Source: Macrostomum lignano (taxonomy: Eukaryota). Taken from it: 64,000 nt of DNA. The position numbers and the translations under genes were made by a program. The stretch lies in the NCBI GenBank assembly GCA_002269645.1, contig NIVC01000757.1, positions 334,298-398,297 of the forward strand. The letters are read 5' to 3'. This document shows positions 1-18,718 of this stretch, piece after piece. The notes under the pieces were generated by a model that did not search any database, was not told the DNA's origin, and saw nothing but the letters and a program-made list of their open reading frames with translations. The stretch's first letter is position 1; each line of letters begins with the position of its first letter.

Positions 1-3000
1 CCTATAGAAAATATGGTGAAATAGGTGCCTATGGCAACTACAGATATGCCTATGGTGGATAGCTGCTCTTATGGCTACAACTATGGAAATATGGTAGTTG
101 CTGTCATATTCCATAGATTTCTGTAGCCAAAGTTATTAATTTAAAAAAATAAAAAAAAATATTAGAAACAGGTAGAATAAAACAAAGATACTTTGGAAGA
201 TGCATTATAGACTTAGAAACTTATAAATTATACCTAATACTAGGCATGCAAACAAAAAGGCAGTTGTTATTTGTCCAGTTAAATTGATAATGCTAAAATA
301 TCTAGTTCATAAAAACCACAAAGGTAAATATTCCTAGACTTCAAAGACTTCTTACTCATATCCAGTGCTGGGCGTTAACTAGTTAATTGTTTAACTAGTT
401 AATTAACTAGTTAAATTTTTTCAAAAATCGTTAAATTTTCGTTAATTTTTTTATGTATTAACTAGTTATCAAAAATCGTTAAATTTTTTCTGTAAGTTAA
501 AGTTAAATGACAAAAGTTACTTATTTCTTTGTTAAATTCTTTATCCTTTCTTTCATAGGTTTTTGTTTAATTTTTTTCTAGGAAGATAACTTTTAAAAAA
601 AGAAAGTTTGTAAACATTTTTCCGTTAATTAATTAGTACATCTAATATAGTAATATTGTATTGTCGTATTTCGTATTGACATATCTATAAAAGTTCTATT
701 TATATTTTTAATTTAATCTGAATATCTACCTGTACCTGACTGACTATTCTAGTATTCTTAATATTAATATAAATCTTAGATCACGATCAATGATCAGTGA
801 CAGTGACTCTGAGTCTGAGTATATTTCTGTGACTGCTAGCTCTATGGCTAGTCCTGCCCCTGAGCCAAAGTCAGAGCAAAGGCAAAAGAACAAGAACTTC
901 AAGAAGCCACACCCTTGGCCCCATTTGATTAAGTATTTTAAACTAAGTCATTGGGATTCAGAGACAGCTCCAGTTTTTAGCTGTGAACTTTGCTTGCCAA
1001 AGAAAGCAACCATCAAAGGGCATGTGTCAAGCCTAAATAATTTAAAGAGTCATATTTCTCGCCGCCATTCTGTACAGGAGAAAGAAGTAAGTGAAGATGT
1101 CATTTTTTCATTTTGCAATTAATTGTTGAACCTATTTAGCTAGCTAGGCCTTTATAAAGTATTTGTAGTTGTATTTTTTATACTGATTCAAACTCATCAA
1201 TTAAATGGAGTCATCACTAGTGGCATATCTAGGTCAATGATTTTGATTTTTGAAGAGGGAGGGGGAGGGTAAAGTCAAAAAAGTAAACAAAAATTTGAGA
1301 CTGTTATAAAAAACATGCAAATAACACCCCCTAGATATGCCACTGGTCATCAATCATCACTTATCAGTCATTATCATCATTCATCATTCTGATTCATTCA
1401 TCAATATAATATAATAGAATCAATCTATAATTTAAAATTAAATTTAGGTACTGTACTATTTATATTTTTTGCCTTTAATTTTAAACCTTTTTTCTATTTT
1501 ATATAGTTTCTCCAATGTACAAAGATGGGCATTGCAAAGGCTAGTACTGCTACTAGCTCTGCTACTAACACTACTGCTGCTACTAGTACTACCAAAAACA
1601 CAAGTCTCCAAGTTCAAGGTCAAAATCCATCTACTAGCAATGAGTCTTTTGGACCACTATCAAAGGTTCCAAAAATATTAGTTGCTAGTCCTAGTCCTGC
1701 TACTACCACTCAAGAGCAAACTACTACTGGTGGTGCTGCTAGACATCAACGACAACTAACTATGCTGCAAATGATTAATACTGGCAGTACCTTCCAACGA
1801 TCTGGCCAATCAGTTCTTCAATCAGCAGTAGACTCAGACTTGGTAGATTACATTGTCTATGACATGGCACCTTTTTCTACTGTTGAGTCTCCAAACTTTC
1901 GAAAATTCTGCAAGACACTGAATCCTTACAAGAAGATCATGTCTCGAAGGACACTTGGTAGGCGTGTTGAGACTTCCTATGTCAATATGGAACAGAATCT
2001 TCTGAAGTGAGTTTGGTTTTGTTATTGTTTGTTTTGCAATTGTGGTACAAATTAATAGATATAAAGTACAAACAAACCATATAAGCAACTAGACTCTAGA
2101 CCTAATTAGTACTAGTAATTACTATAATTAATACTTGCATTGTTTATTGTATATTATATTATATAGTATCATGGTGTGGTGTACTGGGTTTCAATTTCAT
2201 TTTGGAAAAATAAATCTAAGTATAAAAGCAAATTTTCAAATTCACTCTACACCAGACCTATTATGTTGGTGATCTACTGATCTTATCAATTGAAAATTTT
2301 CATATCAATCATATCATTATCAAAAAATAAACCTACAGGCTACTAGATGGCATTCCTGTTGTGGCAACTACAGCTGACTGTTGGTCTGCACATTCGAGAG
2401 CCTACCTGGGCATGACTATTCACTGGTTGCATCCAGACAATCAAAGCAGGCAGCATGCTGTTCTAGCCTTCATGCGACTCAAGGGACATCATACAGCCAC
2501 TGTCCTTGCTGAAGCCATTCAGTCAATTCATGCCAAATTCAACATCGAGAAGAAGGTGTGCTGCACAACAATAGACAATGGAAGCAATTTTGTAAAGGTA
2601 AGTCAGGGTTTGACTTGCGTGAGCAAAAGCACTTAGGACAGTTTCAGTTAGACAGTTATACATGGTTATGGCTAAAATTTTAAAAATATGAATAATTCAT
2701 TGAATATGATACAGGTCTCATGACTTTTAGACTTACAAACAGTAGCATTACAGTTGCATTACATTAAATTACAAATTTGAAATTACAGCATAATATATGG
2801 TTTGAACCATTAATAAATTAAAAAGGCTATAACCATGTCAACTTACTTGTTTACTTTTTACTTACCTTATCCATCCTTGACAGGCCTTTGTTGAATTTGG
2901 AAGTGACCAGATTGACACTGTCATTGTTGGCAATGAAGGCATTGAGATTGAGGTCGACAACGAGACAATGCCTAATGAGCATGCTGCTGAGGCTTCTACA

Positions 3001-4527
3001 GCTTTTGATTCTGAAAATCCTGAACAGATTGAAGTCACTGTTGTTCCTATTCATGATGTGCTCTCTGAAGCAGTTGACGAAGTGAAGGAACTGCCAGCTC
3101 ATATGCGATGTGCTGCCCACACGTTCAACCTAATAGCCACTACTGATGCATTGAAAGCTGTGGCTTCTAATGGTGCCTTTAGGACACAATTTCGGAAGAC
3201 CCTTGGCAAAGCACAGGCTTTATGGAATTCGCAAGGACGTAGTACTGTTGCTGCAGATGCAATTGCAAAAAAACTTGGCCGCAGGCTACAGGTGCCGAAT
3301 GCAACTCGCTGGAACTCACTTTTTGATAGTTTGAGTGTCCTGTGCGACATTTTTGACAAAGGAAAGCGTCTAGCTCTCAACCAGAGCATGGAAAAATTGC
3401 GCCTGCAGATACCACCTTTCCATGTGGACGACGTCGCATTCCTCAAGGAATATGTTAACGTGATGAAGCCTGTTGCGCACGCCCTCGACATCATTCAAGG
3501 AGAGACGTACGCCTACCTTGGCATCCTACTACCAACAGTAGTCGTAACAAGATCCAAGTTGGAGAGCATGAGCCAAACTGAACTCGAGTACTGCTCTTCT
3601 CTGGTGCTGTCCCTGCTTGATGGCATTAATTCTCGGTTTGAACGACAGTTCAATAATGAGTCGTGCGTGCTAGCAGCGGCCTTTCACCCTATGTTCAGAC
3701 TTGCATGGTTGAGGCAGTACGACACTACTACCAAGGCTTCGTCCATAAAGAAAAGGATGTTGCAGCTGATCGAAGTGGAGCTTGATAATGTGACACAGCC
3801 TCAGAACAGCAGCAGCAGCAGCAGCCCTGAACTAGTTGAATCAGACGCAGTGTTGTCATTGAAGTCAGTATGCCCAGTGGAGTTTTTTTCAAGTGCGCTT
3901 CAACCTACAAAGTCAGGACAGCGACTGAAGACCCCAAGGACGAGGGCTCAACAAATCCTATCAACGTGGCTGGATGGAATTTGGAAGCCGAATCTCGGCG
4001 TTTCTGAACATGCGTTCAGCGATCCTGTTTTTTTTTTTAAAGCTTTTTGTGCGTTTCAACACGGCCATTGGGGGGCAAACGGCAACTTAAAACGAGGGAC
4101 TCTGTGACATCCGCCAGCTTTTCGTTTTTCGAGGAGGCTCTTCCCCCTCCTTTTCGTTCTGGCCTGGCGTGGAAGCGGCTAGCTTCCTCGTCTTGGTCTG
4201 CTGGTGGGGGACGGATCCCCCCTGCTGCTTTTTTGCGGGGCAGGTGGCTGCTAAGTAGTTGGCTGCTGGCTAAGCGCCAACTACCCATCGACAGCCCTTA
4301 GTTGCAACTGGTACCACACGGGTTCTCGAGGGCCGCTCTTGTGGGGGAGGGCTCGGGCGTCGGCTGTCAACTCGACCTGGCGCCTGTGTCCCAAGCCCGC
4401 AGCCGGCCTCCCGCCCCCTGATCTTGCAGAGTGTGGACCGGGGGCCTGCCGGAGCCTCGCCTGGGAGCAATCCTGGGATAAGACGGCAACCCAAAGCTTC
4501 TCTGCTGTTTACCGTGGCAGAGGGTAG

Positions 4528-9356
<4,829 letters not shown>

Positions 9357-12300
9357 TCCTTGTGCTCTTTTACCTTGGGGTTGCGATAGGGGCCTCGCGG
9401 CCTATTCGCGGCGCCTGCGCCCCCCGTCAGTAGTAAGTAAGTAACACGGCCATTCCATCCAGCGCAGCAGTTGAGCGACTTTTCTCAATGGGGACCGATG
9501 TCCTGCGTGCTAAAAGGGGCTTGCTGTCTGATTTGTCGCTTGCACGGTTGCTTTTACTGAGGGGCAACAAGCACCTGCATGACTGCACCTGAAGCAACTT
9601 GTCATGTAATTTAATAAACAGTTTAAATGAGACAAGCAATATTTTAAATGAAAATACTATGACTAAATATTAGTTTATTGGTTCATATGTTATTTTGAAA
9701 AGAAAAAACTTTTGCTTTTAATTTTTATACTTTTTAACCTTAGGCTTAGGCTTGCCTAGCATTACTTAGTAAGGATATTCAGTTTTGTTATGATTTGACA
9801 ATTTTATTTATGTTTGTGCCTGGGCAAGGTATTTAGAACTCCAAATACTTTACTTTTGTTTTGTTATAATGTAATGTAGTAGAATGTAATGTATGTAGTA
9901 ATTTAAGCATGCAATGAATGATTCAAATTAAATTGCTATTATATAACTTTGCAAGCTGCACAACTGCCCTTACAACAATTAAGATACCAAATGCAGTCAG
10001 TCCACAGGACAAATACCACCCCAATTGGGATTGGCTAGATTTTTTCCATTCATTTCTTTTAAAAAGTGAGAAATAGGAACTAACTTTAACTTTTAACTTT
10101 TTAGAAGTTAAATTTTTGGCAAAAGTTAAATATTTAACTAGTTACAGTTAATTTTTTTTGAGCAATTGAATTAACTTTTTAACTTTTAACCAGTTAAAAA
10201 AATTGATTAACTTGCCCAGCACTGCTCATATCTTGATTATTATATTGTTATACTAGTGTGTGTCTTATATACCAAATTATGCCAAATTGAATAATATACT
10301 GCTTTGCTTAACACTCTAGTATACAAGAAAATATTAATCATAATCAGTATATGAAAATAGGTCTTAAAAATCTAGAATATTCATCACGAAACAAATAAGA
10401 TACTTGTGTTAGCAATTTAACTGGACAAATAGCAAAAAGGCTATTTGTCTAGTCACCAGACAAATAACAACTGCCAAACAAAAAACTCCTTGGTATACAT
10501 TCTAGCATGCATCCAATATAATCCAGAATAGACTATGGATTAATTATAGTGAGGCTATGCAATTATAGTTAACTAAAATTAATAGTTAATACTATTAAGA
10601 AATAATAGATAATAGTATTAATAGTTAGTAGTTAATAGTTAATAGGCCTAGTTAATTGTGACTATTAACTATTATTTAATTTATATATTTAGGATTTACT
10701 ATTTAAAATTTATAAAATTTAAGATTCATTATATATTTATTTAGGATTTAGATCATAAGACATAACAAAGATAAATATTAAATTTAAATAATATATTAAT
10801 ATATAGAAGCCAGACAATTTAATGCTAGACTGCATATTGTGACAATATGACACATGCTGTAGAAAAAGTTCTATTATGAAGCTATTTAGGCCTAGCTATT
10901 TATGGAAGAATCACATATTTCATATAAACTGACATTGCGTTGGACCGTTGGTGCTTGAATAAAGTTACTTCCCTTAGGCCTATCGCCTATACATTTGTTT
11001 TGTTCAATGTAAGTTTCCCAATAAATATTCATGCAAACATTTAAAAATTTTCTGCATATCAAATAGTGACTGATTTGGAGTTTGAATTTTACAAACGAGC
11101 TTAATATCCACCAAATTTGTCGAGTAGTAAGTAGTAAGCCCAGCCCCATACTGTCCACAAAAATAATATTATTCCGAAAATCCCGTGGATTTTTTGATTT
11201 AAATTAAAAATAATAAAACAAATACGTTATCTATTTTCTTACCACATGTTCTAAACCTAAATGCAAAGTTATTAGTTGATAGATTACTAAATAAACATAA
11301 TGCTCTGCTTAAAAATTTTTATCCGCTACAAGTTGTACAGTATACAATTTTTTTGTCCGTAACCTTTTTCCTAGTATATGCCAAGTGTTATATTTCCAAT
11401 ATATCAGTGCTGCATAACACAGCACATGGTTTCGGCTGTAAGAATGCAACCGAAAAAGAATGCCATGATTTAGATTGGCTGCTTTCGTCAACATTAAATT
11501 TACACACGTCTGTAGTACAAGTCATGTACATGCATGACTCGATGTACATCAATGTAGGGTTCCGCTTTCTTAAGCCTTAAGCCCTTACCAGGCCTTGGAG
11601 CATAGAAATTAATCACTTGATACTTTGGCTTTCCCCTCCTGTCACTGGTCACCCAAAAGGTTGAATACATGCGTGGTGGCGAGGAGTAGTAGCTGAGTTA
11701 CAGGTCCATAAGCTCGATATGTACATGTACATGGTACATGTAGCTACATATAGCTATTATTCCATTATAAATTCCTGTTGTAAGGCTTAAGTTGCTTGAG
11801 ACGTGCTACATAGTGGTCCTTGGGGCTTGGGCCATACATATAACAGTCATATGTTAAATGCGACTGCAAACTCTTCTATATAGCGCTATAGTTTTACAGT
11901 GTATATGTATAGAGCCATCCCTTGATATCGTGACCCTTAGCTAGCTGCATGGTGAATTTATAGCATTAAATGAGCCGCTTTTGATGCGTTAAGTTTGCAA
12001 AAAGGACCACGTAACTGAAGCATAACAAGACGTATAAAACTCGATCAAAGATCGTGCCATTTTGAAGGCCAATTTACTGGAAGAAATACACTGCGGAGAT
12101 AGGAGAGTAATCATTTTTTATATTATAATCAATGATTGCATTTGATCGACTAGGACAGGGAAGATTACAATTCTTTTAATCGAGCATGCACAGCATATGT
12201 TAATCTACTATATTTTATATAGCTGTTTAGTGACAGTTTTATTTTCATACTGTTTTTTATTTCATTATTATTTTTGTTTCATTTCCGGGACTTAGGTGGC

Positions 12301-12479
12301 TGTCATATCGATCGAACCACACCGCGCGAGAGGAGCGCCCCGCGCGCACATATGCATTGCAACACGGTACTTCGAACTATAGGCTAACTAGACAAGCCGC
12401 AGCCCCTACCACGCGGCCCCAACCCCATAAGTCAGGAAACTTTTCTTCTGTCAGAAGAAGTCCTTTTCCTATAATCACA
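12301..12479 (-). repeat. Probable 3' LTR of the gypsy element
   Basis: TGT...ACA ends (TGTCATAT...ATAATCACA). On the minus strand it is immediately preceded by the purine tract AAAGTAGGGAGC and the pol C-terminal motif RLRQPPEKL. No second copy found. Confidence 0.65.
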
Positions 12480-13858
12480 GCTCCCTACTTTCAAGTAGGT
12501 GCAGCTTCTCAGGTGGCTGTCGCAGGCGTGCATACGTCAGTCCGCAGAATGCACCTTGTGGCTCCGGCCCTGAGTGCTCCGCTCCGGTCCCGGTCGAGTC
12601 CGCAGCCTCAACTGACTTGGCCTCGGCTTCCGGACCGTCTGGTTTGTCGCTCTCGGCTCGTCAGCCCCGCAGTTGGACGGCATAACGACGCCAGGTCAGG
12701 CTGTCGCTCGTTTCGACTCGGAAGCTCAGCGGCCAAATGTGCTCGAGAACTTTTTCCGGTTTGCCGCCGCATTAGACCGATAGTCACTGGCTCAGGTCGC
12801 CGATTACGGCTCCTCCGGCAGCTCTCGCGCCCGCCGGTCGTTCAGCTGTCGCTTCTGGGCCGATTGTTCTCGCAGTACGCGATCCCGGGCTGATCCATTC
12901 GAGTCCGGAGCTGCCGTTTCAGGAAGAGCTCCGTTGGTGTCCGGCGGTCGTTGAGTGCGGGTTAGCTCGGTAGCCCAGCAGCCAGTTGCTCCGTGATGCC
13001 TAGCTCCATGGCCATCTTGAACGACTTCACCAGCCGTTCCACCAGTCCGTTGGTCTGGCGAATTCTATTTGCTATGCAGAAATCGCTAAACCCCTGGCTG
13101 ATTAATGCTAGCCCATTGTCCGATACGAGTTCTCTCGGCAGTCCCAATTGTGCGAAAAACGCTCGCAGCTTACGCAAAATCCACGTGCGCCACTTTGAGT
13201 GCGCTTCGATTACGAGGAGAAACTGGCGGCCTCGGACCAGTTTGGCCAAATCGACGTGGATGGGGGTCCAAGGGCTAGTCTGGCCAAACCCGGAGTCAGA
13301 ACCGGATGCAGCTTAACGTATTGAGAGTCACCGACTCGATGTCAGCATCCATTCCTGGCCTGGGTTCAGGCGAAATTCATCCGGGACATGCCGAAGTGTT
13401 ACACGTGCAGCTCGCGCAGAGCTCCGCTTTTGGAAACAGTACGTGAGCTCCCCAGATGCTGTCGGTGAGATGCTTCTTCGGTACGAAAATCGTCGCCAAT
13501 AGCTGATGATTCGTAGTTATCTCTGGCCGAACAGGTACTGGGAGTCTCTTGATAGCGAACACGATTGCGAGGGCCTCCTCGATTTTCGAGTAATTTCGCT
13601 CCGCTGCTGACAGCATCCTTGCAGTCACCGCCGTTCCGAGCCGTCATCCATCGTGTGGGACAGCACCGCGCCGATGCCGACTGATGAAGCATCCGCTACT
13701 ACGAGCTCCAACCACTGGAAGCTTCTCGTTGAAGTGCGTCAGCACGCTATCCGAACTCAGTTCTCGCTTCACATCTTCACAGGCTTGGAACTCCGTCTCA
13801 GCCCTTTGCCAGTCCGTCTCCTTCCTCCACAGTTGATACAGAAGAGCAGCGATCCACC

Positions 13859-15006
13859 ATGGATGCTGAAGCGACTGGCATCCCAAGGCAACCAGACGGG
13901 CCGGCCGTTGGAAGCTCCGGTAGTTCAGCGGCGGCGCTCCCTGGAGATGCTGCTGCGGCTGCTGAGGCTGAAACCACGGCGCAACAAATGGCCACTGCCA
14001 ACAAGGAGGTTCCTTCGGGAGCTACCTTTGCGGCGAAGGCCAAGGCCAAAATCCCGGGAGTGATCATCCAAGGTCGCGACCAGGACTGGACCACTGATCA
14101 GCTTCAAAAGTGTGGAGTGCTGTTGACTCCTATCTGATTGAGCTGACTGTCGAGGAGGGAATCTCCATCGGCATTGAGCGGATGGTGCTGCGAAGCACAT
14201 TCGTTCTTATTGCTCCTAGCAGCGAGGAGGACGCTCGGCAGCTGCTCCAGCGGCTACCGACGGTCTCCTTGGATGCTAACCTTGGCGGAGCTCTTTTTCT
14301 TCGCGAGGGCCAGCGTCCAAAGACGATACCCTATGTGGTTTTCGTCCCTGCTAAGAGCACCGCAGCTGGACCAGACGTTATTCGCCGGGTCCTACTGCGT
14401 CTGAACCCCGACCTCCCTGCTAGTGGACTGGTGTATCACCGCAAAGTCCGCAGGGGGGAGACGGGCAACTCAATTGTCCTCGGCCTTTCCAGCACTTGGG
14501 CGAGTCGGTACCCTAATGGATCCTCTTTCCAGCTGGGTGCCCTCAAGCTCAAGATGCGCCGAGGAAAGTCTGCCAAAGGGAAGGCTACTGCCAACCCCGG
14601 CATCTCCGGCAAGAGCGGGGCGCAGTCTAAGGCCCAAGGAAAGGCGCAAGCCGATCCCAAAGCCAAAGCTGCGTCTCGCCCCTCTGCTAGCAGCAGTTCG
14701 GCGACCGCGGTAACGGCTCCGGCCAAGCCCCGGGAACCAAACCTGCCAGTCGGAGAAGGAGTTGAGGACGAGGCCGGGTCTTCGGAATCCGAGCTCTCCT
14801 CGGCCACCCTGGTGGGGTCTGAAGGTAAAGATGCAGGTGAGGAAGCTTCCTCCATCCTGTCATCGGAGCCTGAGGACTCTGCTGGGGGGCCGGTGGGGGT
14901 GAGGAGGCCATGGACGTCGACCAACTCCCATCTCCCAGTCAAGCCCCAGCGGCCTGGGACGAGGACGATCTTTTGTCCAAGTCTCCTTGATGGCCCTGGG
15001 CTCTAG
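13859..15006 (+). CDS. LINE-B ORF1 (frameshifted)
   Basis: ORFs 13859-14137 and 14110-15006 join across the A-run at 14106-14109 (WTTDQLQKVWSAVDSYL, cf. [22 protein letters not shown]). Shares LLRLNPDLP..G..YPN with LINE-A ORF1. Confidence 0.75.
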
Positions 15007-15029
15007 CCAGAAATTGCATTTAATACAGT

Positions 15030-18000
15030 ATGACTAAGCTCCACGCTGCCAAAGGAGCGACATTCTGTCTGCAAATAAATTTACAGCATTGCGTATCTGC
15101 GTCAGTAAATCTGATGAAGATTGCTGAGCTGTACAGGCCAGGCCTCATCCTGATCCAGGAACCCTGGATGCGCAACGGTAAGTTGCCCAACATTCCCTCT
15201 GGCTACTCTGATTTTTATGTGTGTGGCCCGGGGAACAGTCGCCCTAGAGCGGCTATCCTCGCTGCTAGCCATCTCCAGGCTTGGCTGAGGACTGATCTCT
15301 CTGATGGAGACCTTTGCGTCATCCAATCTAATCATTTCTCTCCGCGTACGTGTCTTGTTGCCTCGGTTTATATCCCAGGCGACAGAGACCCTGCTCCTGA
15401 GAGTTTACTGCGCCTCGCGCAGTACTGCGAGTCCCAGAACGCTGAGCTGTGCTTAGGGGGCGACCTCAACGCGCACCACAAGCACTGGGGCAGCAAAGAT
15501 ACCAACACTAGAGGAGAGGAGCTTCTGGCCCTCATCTCTAACACAAACCTCATGCTCTGCAACCGCGGCAGCACTCCTACCTTTAATAATGGCAGATGGA
15601 CTGAGGTCCTCGACGCCACACTCGTTACCCCAAGACTCTTTGACAGAGTTGAGGAGTGGAGAGTCTGGTCTGAGGAGCCCTCCCTGTCTGACCACTGCTT
15701 TATCGCCTTTAACATCGCGGACACTAAAACCCAGTCTCCGATCACTTGGAGACGCAATATCCGCAACACTGATTGGGCGGCCTACAAGGATGCCCTTGAT
15801 CTGCACCTGCAGGAACTCACGGACTTACGTCCGATTGAGACCTGCGAGGATGTGGATCATATGGCTGAGACGCTGACAGGTTGCATTATTGAAGCCTACG
15901 AAGCGGCTTGTCCTGCTCGCGCCTACAAAGGCAAGACCTCGGCGCCGTGGTGGAACCCGGAGCTGGGGAAACTCAGGCGGAAGGCCAAAAGCTTTCATCG
16001 CCGTGCCATGAAGACCGGAAACCCGGAGGACATGGAGCTTTTCCGGCAAGCCTCCCGCAATTTCAAATCTGAAGTGCGCAAGGCCAAGGAATGTAAGTGG
16101 CGCCAATTCTGCAATGAATTGGATCAAGACAGACCTACTTCTAGGCTTGTCAAGGCCCTTACAATGGACAAAATGTCCAAATTAGCCATGATCAAAAAAG
16201 ATGATGGCTCTCTTACTAAAGACCCTGAAGAAGTGCTTCAGCATATGCTTAGCACATTCTTCCCGAGGGTACCTACTGCTAGACCGGAGCCCAACCATTC
16301 GATGGATGGAGCCACCCTAGCGGCGGGCATTGTCACTGAAGACCTAATCGCTCGTGCGGTCAGAACCTTCAAACCCTTCAAATCTCCTGGACCTGATGGT
16401 ATCTACCCTGTTCTCCTTCGTGAAGCAGCCAAGATACCCTCGTTCCTGAGACTCACCCGCAATCTTATGCGGGCCTCTATCCAGCTGGGATACGTTCCCA
16501 AATGCTGGACTGAAGCTCGGGTAGTCTTTATTCCCAAACCTGGGAAGGGTGACTACCAAAGCGTCAAGGCCTTCCGGCCTATTAGCTTAACGTCAGCAAT
16601 GCTTAAGCTCACTGAGAGGCTTATTCTCTGGCGGCTGCTGTCCTGCGAGCTGACAGCGATGCCCCTCAGCAATAATCAGCACGCCTTCCGTACCGGGAGG
16701 TCGACTGACAGCGCCTTGCATGCGATTGTCGAGAAGATTGAAAGGGCGGTACTGGGTGACGGTTACGCTCTGGCTCTCTTTCTTGACATTGTTGGCGCCT
16801 TCGACAACGTTATCTTTGAAGCGTTTCAGAGGGCCCTTCAAAATCGCAAAGCTCATGCTACCCTCATACGGTGGATCATGTACATGATCTCCAACCGTAC
16901 GGTCACTGCCCAACTTCTTGGGCAAACTGCCTCCACCAGAGTCTGTAAGGGTGGACCCCAAGGCGGAGTCCTCACCCCGACGCTCTGGAACCTGGTCATG
17001 GACGCTCTTTTGAGTGACTCCCGACCCGACCCCGTCTTCAAAGTCGGGTATGCTGATGACGTCACGGCCATTGTGGCAGGACCGTCTCCCAGCACGCTCA
17101 GGGATCTGATGCAGAGCTTTATCCGCAAAGCAGAATCCTGGGCCAATGACAATGGTCTGGAACTCTCTGAGCCCAAAACCGTTGCCATTATGTTTACCAG
17201 CAGACTACGCTGGAACATACGTCCTCTGCAGCTCTACGGCAGAGATATTGCCTTCGCGCACCAGACCAGATGTCTCGGGGTCATACTTGACCACCGGCTC
17301 AACTGGTCCTCCACGTGAAAGCAAAAGCCAAGCGTGCCTCAGCCATCCTGGCCCAGCTCCGACGAGCACTTGGCACTTCTTGGGGTCTATCCCCAAAGCG
17401 GCTTTGGTGGATCTATACTTCCGTAGTTAGACCTGCCATTACGTACGCCTCTGTTGTCTGGGTTAGCGCTACCCAGGTCAAAAGCCATGCAGACCTGCTC
17501 AACACGATCCAAGGCAGAGCGTGTAGGCTCATCTGCAACGCCACCAGGTCCACGCCCTTTGCTGGCATGGGGGCCTTCCTTAATCTTCCGCCTCTTGACC
17601 TCTTCATCAGGGGTGAGGCGGCTAGAACGACGCGGCGTCTAATTGATGCCGGCGTCAAATTCATTTACATGAGAGCACCTGCTAAGCGGAACCTTGTCCC
17701 GCATAGCGATCTGTGCCTCAACTTTCTCAACGAGTGTCAGGCCAATCGCGTCTTCACCGATGGCATTGCCTCAACGCTCAACCTGAGACAGCGCTACTCC
17801 GTAGCTATCGACTCGCGCGATAACATCAATGACCAATGGAACCCTGGTGAGCTTCATTGCTACACCGACGGTTCTAAGCAGTCAGCCAACACCGGCTTTG
17901 GTGTTGGAATCTTTCTGAACGGGAGGGTCATCGCTACCCACGCTCAATACACTGGGGTCAACTCCAGTGTTTTCCAAAATGAAGTTCTGGCCATCAGCTC

Positions 18001-18718
18001 CTGCACTGCAGAGCTTCTCGCCACTGGCGTTACTGGTAAGAACATCATTTTCCATTCGGACAGCCAAGCTGCCTTGCACGCCATCAGTGGCTGCAGCACC
18101 AACTCTGCTACAGTCCTCGACTGTATCAAACTCCTCAACATGTTGGGTTCCGCCAACAAAATTACCCTTAAGTGGGTTCCGGGGCATGTGGGGATCCGAG
18201 GAAATGAGTTGGCTGACACCCTTGCAAAAGTTGGTGCCTCCGGCTCCTCTCTCGGCCCCGAACCTCTTGTCCCGATTCCTGGCTGGGTCATCGACTCGCG
18301 CATCAAAGCGTGGATCAGGACTCAGCACCGCTCGACTTGGGCGAACCGCACGAACTGCAGGCAATCCAGAGGCGCTGTCCCTCAGCCCTCTCACCAGCTC
18401 CGGAAGCTCCTCTTGCGCCTCTCGCGCAGAGACATCCGGGCTGCCACCATGACCCTCTCTGGTCACGGCTGCTTCTCCAGGCACCAGTACCTGCAGGGCA
18501 ACGCCACCAACGCCACCTGTAGCTTCTGCAACTCAGGTGACGAAACCGCTGAGCATTTCGTCAGCATCTGTCCCGCCTTCACGCGGGCCAGACTCACTTA
18601 CCTCGGGCCACACACATCTATTACTGAAGCGTGCAAAAACCCGAAAACTTTAATCAGCTCATGCGCTACCTTCGGGCCACCCGCAGGGCTGAACTCTCCT
18701 TTCCAGAGAGCACCATAG
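15030..18718 (+). CDS. LINE-B ORF2: APE, RT, RNase H, Zn knuckle (1 clear frameshift)
   Basis: [76 protein letters not shown]. Frameshift at CC 17311-17312 (NWSS-HVKAK). Confidence 0.93.

Noticed and set aside
4070-4300. HDV-like ribozyme at the LINE-A 5' end (G-rich start, TTCCTCGT, GCTAA motifs)
   Set aside because: I could not assemble P1, P3 and P1.1 in the required order; the motifs are present but do not pair correctly by eye.
14988-14992. TGATG overlap in LINE-B analogous to TAATG in LINE-A
   Set aside because: As assembled, the TGA is not in the ORF1 frame and the ATG is not in the ORF2 frame; two further indels would have to be assumed.
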